Part shown: piece by piece, positions 11,701 through 22,781 of the stretch
How the letters are laid out: each line of letters starts with the position of its first letter
How positions within the stretch are numbered: position 1 is the stretch's first letter
Origin: Carcharhinus longimanus
Lineage: Eukaryota
Assembly: GCA_030264375.1 (NCBI GenBank)
Contig: JASCQW010000190.1
Coordinates: 41,098,672-41,162,671, forward strand
Reading direction: 5' to 3'
DNA length: 64,000 bases
Made by a program: the position numbers and the translations under genes
The notes under the pieces: generated by a model
What the model was told of the DNA's origin: nothing
The model's database searches: none
The model's input: only the letters and a program-made list of their open reading frames with translations

Positions 11701-13671
11701 TGACGTTGTTACACATTGCATTCAAATACCAGCTATTCAGAATCTGAAATTTTCCCTCCTCATTTATAAAAGAACAATGATCGAAGTTTCAAGCATCTTA
11801 CCACATTTATTTAAGAAGTCATTGAACCTAAAGATCAGGAGGCTTGCAATGTGCTTGGTTAGCTGATCTGAGCTTGAGCAGCTGTGTAGGTGGATCAATT
11901 AGCCTGAACCATGAGAGGAAAAGCTAGCTGAAATTCCCTTTCCCAACCCCTGGTGGAATTGTGGATGTGTAAATACGAGCTGAGACTCAAACCCAGTTTT
12001 ACTGCTCTCCAAAGTTGAATTGCTCATCAACACTCACTGTCAAGACTTACATGACCACTTGAGTGAGCTACAAGTGTAAGATCTCCACCTATGGAACCCT
12101 ACCCACGAAGCCATTAATATCTTTAGGAATGGCAAATTGACAAAAAAGGGGAGAGAAAAATGACTTAAATTTATAGCATTAACTATAACTCATTGAAGTT
12201 ACAGGTGTGATAGCATAGAACATTTTTGCCCAGTATTGAAAAGTCTAATCTAGTATAAAATATTTTGATAAATGTGGAAAAAAATTGATTGTGTGAAGAA
12301 TAAACCATATGTCTTGATGAATACCACTGAAAGCATAGATGTCATTCAGTTAACACTTGCCTGTCTGAGTTGCACACCATAATCAGACTGGCATTACTGG
12401 AACATAATAATAATGTTTTCCTATACTCGACTGTCTGAATACATTTGAGAGGTTTATGCCTAATGATTTATATTTCTACAGATGCAGATTTATTATTTGG
12501 AAATAATAATTAAGATAAATCTACGGGTCCAGCCATTTCTTAGGAAGAGAACGTGACCGGTTTGCCATCTCCTAAGACGTTTTATTATTTTCTTTTTATT
12601 AAAGGTCAACCCACAGTCATTCAGATTATCCAGACAGATCAGAAGTCTATGCAATCTGTCATACAGCGAAGATATGTATCGCAAATCTCCAAAGATATAA
12701 TCTTTTGAAATCATATTCTGAATACTGTTTTTGATTAAAATTGTAGCTGGGCTCGATGCAGAACTAATATGAAACATGAAAAAATTGAAAAAGGTAGAAT
12801 TAATACTTAATAAAAACGGCACGCCTTGATAGAATGTACTGCACCAAATACCAGCGCCAGGAAATTAAAGTTAAGCAATGTACAATTCTTGAGATAATAT
12901 AACCAATATAAAACCTGATGGATTTCAGATATTTTGTTTTATTTATTGTTTTTTATTGTTCAGAATTGTTCACCATTCACAGCTGAAGTGCTCAGTACAT
13001 TGGACCTTTCCACTTTACTGCAAGGATTGCTGTTGAAGATCAGGATGATGATTTTATTTGACTGACTGCAGTGTTTAGGGTGAAGTATTTGGTCAGGCTT
13101 CATATGTGCAGCTGCATCAATATTTTATTAAGGCATTTAGATTCTCTCCTCAAGACGTGACAGATTGCTGTCTGGGTCTGAATTAGGCATCTTAAATTAA
13201 AAGACAAATCAAAAAAAGATGTATTTTAATTTCACATGTCTCTGGTATTTATCTGGTTTATAGTAGAACATACCATATTGAAAGCTTGAAGGACTTGTGT
13301 GTCTCTACAGCATTTCTCTCTACAATTAAAACCTTTATTTCCTGCTGATTTGACATAGTCCAACATGAAAAGAAAGATTTTTTTCCTAAGTCAAGCCATG
13401 CTACATATTGGTTTTACAGCAGATGTTATTTGCTGTGTGACTTAAGAGTGAATCATCTCACTGAATTGTCAGTAAAGAGGAAATATAAAATATTGGGCAC
13501 AATTCTCCCAAAATATTTCTAAGTGTTGTCCTCAGTGGGACAAAAGCGGTGTAATTCCTGTTGGTGGGTTGGCGCGATCCAGTTCGCAATCCACTCACAT
13601 TGAGACATTTTTTTGGAGTTTAAAGTGATTCCTGCCATATGTGGGAGATAAAGATGCTGGCAAGAGTGGAG

Positions 13672-14378
13672 ATAGCAACCTCTGCAAGACATGTCGGATC
13701 ATTGACATGGATAACATCATCTCACGTGAGAACACCATCCACCAGGTACTTGGCACATACTGTTGCAACTCAGCCAACGTTGTCTATCTAATACGCTGCA
13801 GGAAAGGATGTCCCGAAGCATGGTACACTGGGGAGACCATGTAGACGCTGTGACAACGGATGAATGAATACCGCTCAACAATCACCAGGCAAGACTGTTC
13901 CCTTCCTGTTGGCGAACACTTCAGCAGTCACGGGCATTCGGCCTCTGACCTTCGGGTAAGCGTTCTCCAAGGNNNNNNNNNNNNNNNNNNNNNNNNNNNN
14001 NNNNNNNNNNNNNNNNNNNNNNNNNNNNNNNNNNNNNNNNNNNNNNNNNNNNNNNNNNNNNNNNNNNNNNNNNNNNNNNNNNNNNNNNNNNNNNNNNNNN
14101 NNNNNNNNNNNNNNNNNNNNNNNNNNNNNNNNNNNAACCCATGCTTAATGCTATCTCCACTCACATTGTCTGCACCTTTAAGACTTGAATAGCAGATTAG
14201 CTGCAAAGACTCACTTTCTAATCAGAATTCTGTAAACAGTGTGTGTCTTTATATGCCCTGCTTGTGAACAGAACTCTCTACTCACCTGATGAAGGAACAG
14301 CGTTCCGAAAGCTAGTGGGTTTACTATCAAATAAACATGTTGGACTTTAACCTGGTGTTGTGAGACTTATTACTGTGT
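13672..14378 (+). mobile_element. Penelope-like element 3' part: GIY-YIG endonuclease pseudo-ORF plus terminal repeat
   Basis: CKTCRIID...TYCCNSANVVYLIRCRKGCPEAWYTGETM*TL*QRMNEYRSTI...LPVGEHFSSHGHS; CxxC and VVY-YxG motifs of the PLE endonuclease; in-frame stops. Confidence 0.92.
14280..14320 (+). ncRNA. Minimal type I hammerhead ribozyme motif
   Basis: Helix I ACTCAC(14280-85)/GTGGGT(14315-20); core CTGATGA(14286-92); helix II GGAAC-agc-GTTCC; GAAA(14307-10); palindromic AGCT helix III; CUA cleavage triplet. Confidence 0.8.
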
Positions 14379-14399
14379 CTGCCCCGGCACCCAGAGCAC

Positions 14400-14830
14400 C
14401 TCTTTGGATGAGAAGACAGAGAAAACATCTAAGGAAGACCCATCACTCCATTCACTTGCAATGTCCACCAGTGCAGATACTAGTTCTAGAGTAGCCCTAG
14501 GGTCACAATCTGGCAATCATCTCATAGACTGAAATCCACAGCAGGCAGAGGCAGTGTCAGCAGAGGTCCGTGACACTCACTGGAGACCCAGCCTGAGTCT
14601 GAGTCTGTTGATGGCCTCTGCTGTCAGCCCTGAGAAAAATATGTGAGATACAAAGGTAACAGTGAAACATCAGGCAGAGTTGTCAGAGACTGTTACTAGA
14701 TTGGAACAAATGATAGAGGAGTCTATTCACATTCTGTCTGATAGGTGAGCACATCAACGTCTCCGTGGGACGGGTGGCAGCCGTCTTGGAGAGCCTGGTC
14801 CAGCAGTACATATGTAACCCCTACATCTCA
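14400..14830 (+). pseudogene. Harbinger ORF2 (Myb/SANT-associated protein) C-terminal remnant
   Basis: Acidic/Ser-rich segment then coiled-coil-like ...HQAELSETVTRLEQMIEES...VSVGRVAAVLESLVQQ; similar in layout to 42783-43175; many stops. Confidence 0.45.
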
Positions 14831-15023
14831 GGCAAAGATTATGTCACCTCATGGGAATTGTCCATTAAGTTAGTGATTATCCTGATGCTGTCACATTGGA
14901 GTCTGGATGTTTTAAGTGTTTGTCATGACCAACATTGGAGTCTTTTCACCCAAGTGCACTTTGTGATGGTGTTTATTTTATGATGTGAGGCTTTGGGAAA
15001 AGTAATATTTATTGGTGGGCCCT

Positions 15024-15275
15024 TATAGAACATAGAACATAGAACATTACAGCGCAGAACAGGCCCTTCGGCCCACGATGTTGCGCCGACCAGTTANNNN
15101 NNNNNNNNNNNNNNNNNNNNNNNNNNNNNNNNNNNNNNNNNNNNNNNNNNNNNNNNNNNNNNNNNNNNNNNNNNNNNNNNNNNNNNNNNNNNNNNNCTTC
15201 TTAAACAATGGGACAACATTCGCTATCCTCCAATCCTCCGGGACTACACCAGAGACCAATGACGACCTGAAGTAT
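15024..15275 (-). mobile_element. CR1 LINE pieces flanking a gap, (CTATGTT)n tail
   Basis: SGVVPEDWRIANVVPLFKK (CR1 RT N-terminal motif); ATAGAACATAGAACATAGAACATTACAGCGCAGAACAGGCCCTTCGGCCC tail. Confidence 0.9.
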
Positions 15276-16563
15276 ATGGCACCCTACAGCATTTTCCATT
15301 GCCATGTTTAAGGCAGAATGCTGTTTCTTTATTAATTCCCACTTTCCGCATGTATGGTGCTGAGCGATGGAAGTTGGTTCCATTCAATGACATTTGAAAT
15401 ATCTGCCAGATGGAAATGAGTGTATTCTGTCAAAGATGCGTATGCATCCAGATGAACCCATCTGTTCACCTGAGAGGATCTTACTTTGTTCCTGAATGGC
15501 TGCCTAGCATTGCTTCCCAGAACTCCTCTGTGAAGTCCCACAATGCCAGTCAATAAGGGATTCATTGCATGAATGTGTACTCAGTGATTTCGGATCCATA
15601 GAAAGGATTGGCTTTTGTGAGATGGACAATGTCAAAGACTGTAATGGTATCAAAGTGATTCTCCAGCACATTTCCTGAATGCTCAGCAGGATCCATAAAG
15701 GGGACAAGATATCATTGACTGCTGTGTCAAAACTGATTGGGCCACGTCTCTCCTAGATGCTAAGACAATGCAGAATGTAAACATGGCAGGTTTGTGATGA
15801 ATGCAGGGTAATGAGTGTTTGTCAACAATCACACAGTGTTTCTGTTGAACTACTCTCTGTGAGGACAATGCAATCATAACTTGCAGCTTTGGGTGCATGC
15901 TGTTAAGTAACAGATCACTGCATGCTGATATCCAATGATACCTGGGGCTCAGTATCAATCTGTGGCCTCTGCATTAATCATGCACGAGTGTAGGGCTTTA
16001 GAGAGTTGGTTCTGTCTGGATGTAGCTGCCTCTTGAGACAGTCAAAGGCGAACAATTGATGAATGGTTTTCATCTTAGAGCTGCCTTGCTAAGCTGCTGT
16101 CACACTGGCTTGAATGCATCCACGTGGGCAATAGTATCTCAGCCTCTTGGAAGATGCTGTTGCCAATGATTTGTTTATGCCATTGTTGAAAGGACTGGAC
16201 TAAGTATAGCTGCTTAAGGATGTGTGTGAGTGGAGTGTTTATCAGACTCCACAGCAGCCATATGNNNNNNNNNNNNNNNNNNNNNNNNNNNNNNNNNNNN
16301 NNNNNNNNNNNNNNNNNNNNNNNNNNNNNNNNNNNNNNNNNNNNNNNNNNNNNNNNNNNNNNNNGTTTATCAGACTCCACAGCAGCCATATGGTCTCTAG
16401 ATTACTGTGCCTTCCAAGGATGACCCCGTCATTAGGGTTGAAGGTGATTTATTCTTCCTCTGTGATCATTGTGAGATTGATGACCTTTCATGAAATGATG
16501 CAGATGACAATGAAGGTGCATCGAAGCCTGAAGAGAACAGCACTCATAACAATTTGTTTTTGA

Positions 16564-16840
16564 ACTAAGTTTATTTACTAGTCACAAATAGGCTTAAATT
16601 AACGCTGCAATGAAGTTACTGTGAAATTCTCCTAGTTGTCACACCCCAGCGCCTGTTTGAGTTAATACACCTAACCAGCACGTCTTTCATAAAGTGGGAG
16701 GAAACCGAAGCACCAGGAGGAAACCCACGCAGACATGGGGAGAACATGCAAACTCCACACAGACAGTGACCCAAGCTGGGAATCAAGCCCAGATCCCTGC
16801 CGCTGTGGGGCAGCAGTGCTAACCACCGTGCCACCACACC
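16564..16840 (-). mobile_element. V-SINE with alternative 3' tail
   Basis: Full tRNA head plus V-domain; tail homologous to 4795-4901. Confidence 0.85.
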
Positions 16841-16859
16841 ATCCATGTCTTTCACTTGT

Positions 16860-17290
16860 CTTCACCTTGTTCCTCGTGTAGATATGTAGTTGTCATGGGC
16901 ACTTCTGCCACATCATAACCATGTATTGGCATTCTCATTTGGCTTATCTGAATTCTCACTCTCTTCAGATTCATCCCCTTCCAACTCCCTCTCCTTCATG
17001 TCCTGTTGTGACAACACATTCCTGCTTTGCAGTGTTAGGTTGTGCAGGACACAGCAAACAATGATGGTGTGGGACACTGTCTATGGTGAATGTTGGAGAG
17101 CCCTCCCTGATTGGTCCTAACATCTGAAATGCATCTTTAAAAGACTAGTAGTATGCTTTATTAAGAACATTGTGGTTGAATGTGTAATGTTGTTCTCTCC
17201 TCAGATGCGTTCTGTGGCTGACGAACGGGCATCATTAGCCATGTCTTCTGAAGGTATGTACCCTTTATCACTCCGACAGCAAATCCTCTA
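16860..17290 (-). pseudogene. Harbinger (HARBI1-like DDE) transposase C-terminal remnant
   Basis: DKGY..QKTWLMMPVRQPQNASEER...LLKMHFRC*DQSGRALQHSP*TVSHTIIVCCVLHNLTL followed by an acidic tail. Confidence 0.88.
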
Positions 17291-17542
17291 AGCACCATCC
17301 TCTTTTAGGTTTCACATTATGCTGAGTAGGCCAACTGATGGGTCTCTGCATCTGAAATTGGGCTACGAAGTTTGCCAGGGAAAGCTTATTCAGTTCCAAT
17401 CTTTCATTACTGCATATGTTGGTGTAGATTTCACGGGAGCTGGAGGTACAAGGTACAGCGAAGAGGTGCTGATGGTGAACTGTTGCTGTTTGGTATTAAT
17501 CCCGACTAAAAGTAACTCTAACTTGACGATGCCAAGGAGGGA

Positions 17543-17962
17543 TGGCCGAGCGGTATTATCACTAGACTACTAATCCAGAAACACAGCTAATGTTCTGGGA
17601 ACCCAAGTTCAAATCCCGCCACGGCAGATGGTGGAATTTGAATTCAGTAAAAAATATCTGGGAGTTAAGAATATACTGATGACCATGAAACTATTGTCGA
17701 TTGTCGGAAAAACCATTTAGTTCACTAATGCCCTTTAAGGGAGGAAATCTGCCACCCTTATCTGGTTTGGCCTAAATGTGATCCCAGGGTCACAATGATG
17801 TGGTTGACTCTCAACTCCTTTCAGTTGTATCAATCGCTGCAAAGTCTTGGACTGTAGCATTTCAAGAAGGCAGCACATCACCACTTTCTCAAGGGCAATT
17901 AGGGATGGGCAATAAATGCTGGCCTGTCAATGATGCCCATTTCCCACAAATGAATAAAAATA
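17543..17962 (+). mobile_element. tRNA-derived SINE (third family) whose tail matches the LINE at 19700-20435
   Basis: B-box AGTTCAAATCC; tail CTCAAGGGCAATTAGGGATGGGCAATAAATGCTGGCC...ATGAATAAAAA; second copy at 36062-36431. Confidence 0.8.
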
Positions 17963-18599
17963 ATGTTGGGCATGCCCAGGTTAGTGCAAAAATCCTTAAA
18001 TCATGGTCAAGCACTCAATGATCTATGGAACACTCTCCATGTCGGCAATCAGTGAAATGAGTGTGAACATTAATTTTCTTACTCCCATATTGCTGTTCAA
18101 TCATAGTTTTTCACCAGGGTGTAACTAAAAAACAGAATTGGCTTGAAAAATGTGAGTTTATAATTGTAGAATGCTTTTAAATGATTCATGAGCAGATCGT
18201 TTTGAACTCAATTTATTTTTTCAAGGAAGACTTTGGAATGTTTTAGCTTCTACCTTACCCTCATGTGGATGTTTAATTTGCTATATGTGAACATTTTTAA
18301 AAGCGTGGGTTCCATTTGTCACCCTGAAGTTCATGAAAGTGGTACTGTCAAACCATACAGTACAGTACATGTTGTCATGGAAGGAGCAGTTGAGATGGAG
18401 GAGCTTTGGTGGACATCCAGTTTCCTCCAAATCTTCCAAAGTGCTGCTCCCCCAGTGGTGTGAAATGCTTTTAGTGAGAGTGTTTTCATGAATCCTATTC
18501 TCTACACTTCTCTAATAGCTGCCATATGGAGAAAATAATGTCCACGGTAGACCTGCCAGTATGGATACCACACTGTGCTCCTGGGTACATGTAGATTAT

Positions 18600-19640
18600 A
18601 AAGTTACAGAGTCATTTATACCATGGAAGAAGGCCATTCAGCCCATTAAGTCCTATGATCTTATGAGTCCCATGCTCTGTAGAGCAAACCATCAGTGTTA
18701 TTTCCATCAAGTGCATATTCAATTTCCTTTTGAAATCATTGATCGTCTGCTTCCATTACCTCATGGACAGTGAATCATTCACACTTGCTGTGTAGAAAAT
18801 ATCTTCCTCGCATTGCCCCTTGCATCTTTTTCCCAAAACCTTACACCTCTCACCCAGCCTTGTACCTTGAGTCAATGGAAACAGTTCTTCCTTTTCCATC
18901 TTATCCAAATCTGTCATAATCTTGGCCACCTCTTCAAATCATTCCACAATTTCCTTTGCTTCAAGGAGAATAAGCTAATCCTCTGCAATTCAGCCCTGTG
19001 AATAAAATCACCAATCCCTGCAGCCATTCTAATAAATCTCCTTTGCAGCGTCTTATGGAATATCACCTTCTTTCTAAAGTGAGATGAGTAGAACTGGATG
19101 ATACTCTGGTTGAGGCATAAGCTCAATTTTATACAGTTTCAGCATCACTTTCCTTTTTATCCAATCAATACCTCTATTTATTAAGTCCAAGATCCAACAT
19201 GTCTTGTTAAATACTCTCTCAATATGCTCTGCCATCCTTGAGATCTGTACACATGAAAAGCCACGGTCCTTCTGTTCCTATATGCTCTTTAGAACTGTGC
19301 CATTATATTGATATTGCCTCTACTGACCCCTTCTACAAAAATATATCACCTCACACTTCTCTGCATTAAATTCAATCCGCCACTTGTCTGCCAATTCTGC
19401 CTGCCTGTCTATGTCCTGTTGCAGTTGATTTGTATCATCCTCCATGTTTGGCACCCCATTGGCAAATGTTGACATTTTAATCTTTATTTCAATATCCAAA
19501 TTATTAATAAATATCAAAAAAAGCAGCGATCCTGGCATTGCTGCCTCTTGGGGAACACTTCTGTCTGCCATCTTTCAATCTGAGAAACAACTATTTATTT
19601 GGACATGCTGTTCTATGTCCTTAAGCCAATGTTTGTATTC
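18600..19640 (-). mobile_element. Old CR1 LINE fragment (RT to 3' end)
   Basis: VPQEAAMPGSLLFLIFINNLD...MSTFAN...LQQDIDRQAELADKWRIEFNAEKCEVIYF; LQRRFIRM. Confidence 0.88.
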
Positions 19641-19699
19641 ATTTGAAATGACACAGGAATGCATCTTGCAAAGTCCTCCTTACCAATATCTTGGGGCTT

Positions 19700-20435
19700 A
19701 TACAAAAATTGGGAGAAAACTGTAGTGGTAGGCAATTAAACAACTAACCAAAATACGAGGCTCCACAGATACCCAAAACCTCAATGATGGGTGAGCCCAG
19801 CACATCATTGCAAAACACAAGGCTAAAGCATTTGCAGTCAGCTGCAATTAGAAGTACTAAGTGGATGGCCCATCTTGGCTCCCTCTGTGGTCCCCAGCAT
19901 CACAGTTGCCAGTCTTCAGCCAATTCAATTCACTTTATGTGATATCAAGAATACTGTCCACCTGCCTGAATGAGTGCGGCTCCAACAACATTCAAGGAGT
20001 TTAACATCATGTTAAAGCCACCTGTTTGGTTAGCATTACCTCCACCACCTTAAGTATTTACTCTTTCCACTACTGGCACACAGTGGCAGCAGCATGTACC
20101 ATATACAAAATACACTGCAGCAATTCGCCAAGGGATCTTCGACCCTCCAAACCAGCAATCTCTTTCACCTAGAAGATCAAGAACAGCAGGTACATGGGAA
20201 CATCATCATTTATAGATTCCCTTCCACGCTGCTCACCATCCTGACTTGGGACACCATTCCTTCACTATCATTGGGTCAGAATCTTGAAATTTCCTTCTTA
20301 ACAGAACTGCGGGTGTACCTGCAGTATATGGGCTGCAGTGGTTCAAGGAGGCAGCTCGCTATCACCTTCTCAAGGGCAATTAAGGATGGCTAATAAGTGA
20401 TGGTCTAGCCAGTGTTGCCCATGAACAAATAAAAA
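19700..20435 (+). mobile_element. CR1/L2-group LINE 3' portion (exact clade uncertain)
   Basis: EYCPPA*MSAAPTTFKEFNIM peptide; 3' UTR GGTTCAAGGAGGCAGCTC...CTCAAGGGCAATTAAGGATGG; related pieces with FADD motif at 33510-34340. Confidence 0.7.
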
Positions 20436-20489
20436 AATTCTTCTTTTAAAAGCAAAAGGATAAACCTAAAAACACTGAATAACTGAGGG

Positions 20490-21270
20490 TTAATCTGGAT
20501 AATGCAGTTGTTGTGGTGTGCAAAGACTTCCAAAATGCTTTTAAGAAAGTGCCACATAATTAGTATGTCAGCAAAGTTGAAATCCATGGAATGGAAGGGA
20601 AAGTGGCAGTATGGATACAAAGCTGGCTAATTGACCGGAAACAGGAACAGGAATGTAGTGGTGAGCAGTTGTTTTTTGGAATGGAGGAAGAAATATAGTA
20701 GTATTGGGGTGGGAGTTTCTAGCCTTGCTTGTCCCGAAATTGAAAATTCCCACCCGAGATCAACACACCTTTCCATAGTCCATCCCTCACCTACTACGAT
20801 TCCTGTGGCGGGCAGAATGGGAAAATTCACCCTTTGGTGTCAGTATTAGGACCAGTGCTTTTCTTGACCTGTATTAATGACCTAGACTTGGATATGCACT
20901 ATTTCAAAATGTGCAGATGCCATACAACTTGGCAGCGTTATGGAGGAGGACTGTAAGAGACATTCAAGAGAACAAAAATAGGCTGGTGGAATGGGTGGAC
21001 ATGTGACAGGCAAAATTTGTTATAGAGAAGTGTGAAGTGTTACATTATGGTTGGAAGGTTGAGGGAAAGGTTGTGTTAAGTAAATGATACAATCCTAAAG
21101 GACCTGTGTGCACAAATCATTGAAGGTGGCAGGGTAAGTTGAGAAAGCGAGTAATAAAGCATGCGGGATCCCAAGCTTTCTAAATGGAAGTACGGAGTAC
21201 TAAGGCAAGGAGGTTATGATGAATTTTTCTATAACACTAATTTGGTCTCAACTTGAACATTGTGTTCAAT
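20490..21270 (+). mobile_element. Old CR1 LINE RT fragment interrupted by a MITE
   Basis: DFQNAFKKVPH, SVLGPVLFLTCINDLD and ISKCADA motifs. Confidence 0.85.
20706..20832. mobile_element. Harbinger-like MITE; family also at 41505-41630, ~43985-44105 (inverted) and 55072-55197
   Basis: Shared core CGATTCC(C/T)GTGGCGGGCAG; TIR-like GGGGTGGGAGTTT / AAAATTCACCC. Confidence 0.6.
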
Positions 21271-21306
21271 TCTGAGACTGATGCAAGGTCATATCCCTCA
21301 AACCTT

Positions 21307-21497
21307 GGGCAGGATCTTCTGGTCTGCCGAAAGCAACCCCCCATACCCACCCTGGTGAATTCCCTAGTGGCAGAACAGACAAGACACGCAAAATGCTAAA
21401 GTAGACTTTAGTGGAATTGGAAGATCCTGTCAGTGGCCATTGGCAAGTTGCCTCTGCTACCACAAAACATGCTGCTGGGGAGATGGAAAATCCCACC
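21307..21497. mobile_element. Harbinger-like MITE related to 1839-2033
   Basis: TIR-like TGGGCAGGATCTTC / GAAAATCCCACCA with internal palindromic halves. Confidence 0.5.
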
Positions 21498-21499
21498 AT

Positions 21500-22047
21500 T
21501 AACTCATTAAGTATGCTGAAGGCTGAGACAGACAGATTTTTAATCACTAAGGGAATCTAGGGTTATGGGGATAAAGTGGAAAGTGGAATTGAGATTATCG
21601 TATCAGATCAGTCATGATTGACATAGACAGGGTGGATAGTCAGAGGCTTTTTCCAAGGGTGGAAGTGTGAATTAGAAGGGGGGACAGGTTCAAGGTAAGA
21701 GGGGGAAAGTTTAAGGGAGATGCATTTTACACACGTTCTCTGTGTTTTTCACGCAGAGAGTGGTGGGTGCCTAGAACACGCTGCCAGAGGATGTTGGGGA
21801 AGCAGCACATTAGCAATATTTAAGAGGCAGTTGGATGGGTACATGAATAGGGAGGAAATAAAGGGATATGGACCAAATGAGGGCAGAAGGTTTTATTTTA
21901 GTTTGGGCATCAGGATCGATGCAAGTTGGAGGGCCAAAGGCCTGTTCCTGCTGTACCTTTCTTTGTTCTTCGTATGATCTCATTGAATGATAGAGCAGAC
22001 TGGATGGGCCAAATGGCCTGCTTCTGCTCCTTCATCTTATGGTCTTA
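21500..22047 (+). mobile_element. Two nested CR1 3' ends
   Basis: Inner (~21620-21972) DRVDSQRLFPRVE with a (CTTTGTT) tail inside an outer element ending GGCCTGCTTCTGCTCCTTCATCTTATGGTCTTA. Confidence 0.8.
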
Positions 22048-22049
22048 CT

Positions 22050-22152
22050 GACCCTGTTTTTATCTCCATTGATGCTGCCTGACCTGCTGAATATTTCCAG
22101 TACCTTCCGTTTTTATTTCAGATGTCCAGCAGCTGCAGTCTTTTATTTTTGT
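22050..22152 (+). mobile_element. Probable 3' terminus of a second Penelope-like family
   Basis: GATGCTGCCTGACCTGCTGAATATTTCCAG...TTTATTTCAGATGTCCAGCAGCTGCAG, recognised from memory as a common elasmobranch repeat end. Confidence 0.5.
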
Positions 22153-22639
22153 ATTATCAATTTAAAATGATTGGCAGAAGAACCAAAAATGATGTGAGAT
22201 GACATGAGGTGGCATCTTAGTGTGGGGTGAGTGATTAGGTTTGGGAATCCATTGCCTCGGAATGGGAGTGGAGGCAGATTCAATCATAGGTTCCAAAATG
22301 GAAGAGAAAGCATCTGCAGGGTGAAGTGGAACAGGCTGGTGAGTTGGACCAGCCAAACTGCTCTTTCAGAGTCAGCAAGGAAATGACAGGCTTAAACGTC
22401 TCCTTCTGTGCTATATGATGTGATGATAAGGCTCAAATCTCCCTTGCCACGTACTTGGCATAAATGTGCTTTCAATGTAGTGGACCCAAACTTGCAATTT
22501 GTCAACTGCAAATTTCAGACCTCTAAGTCCTCTACCAGATTTATCACCAGTCTGGTTTGAACAAAAAGTCACCTATGTCACTACCTGCCTTTATTCAGGC
22601 TGAACAACTGATATCTTATTATATGAATTATGCATTTAA

Positions 22640-22772
22640 GCCGGAATTCTCTAATGTGATTCGCTCTGCCACTGCTGCAGGTGGGAATGGAGAATTTGAT
22701 GCTCAGCCAAATCTCCCCACAGCAGCGGGGTCGGAGAATCCCAGCTGCAGATGAGGTCGGAGAATCCTGTCC
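22640..22772. mobile_element. Harbinger-like MITE
   Basis: GCCGGAATTCTC / GAGAATCCTGTC termini. Confidence 0.5.
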
Positions 22773-22781
22773 ACAGAGTGA

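Larger units (their letters stand above)
13495..18146. mobile_element. Decayed PIF/Harbinger transposon containing nested Penelope, CR1 and SINE insertions
   Basis: Left TIR GGGCACAATTCTCCC (similar to the end of 62768-63812); ORF2-like remnant on + at ~14400-14830; transposase remnant on - at 16860-17290; right boundary approximate. Confidence 0.55.

Noticed and set aside
11840-12130. Possible ancient SINE-like repeat
   Set aside because: Only a vague resemblance from memory, single copy in the window, and no clear Pol III boxes; not supportable without a library search.
16237-16392. Direct repeats flanking 100-N gaps (also 31114-31319 and 43681-43850)
   Set aside because: Identical sequence on both sides of a fixed 100-N spacer indicates unmerged overlapping contig ends, not real duplications.
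17205-17253. Convincing-looking plus-strand exon (TTCTCTCCTCAG|MRSVADERASLAMSSE|GTATGT)
   Set aside because: It is the antisense of the Harbinger transposase motif DKGY..KTWLMMPVRQPQNASEER, so the splice-like signals are probably coincidental.
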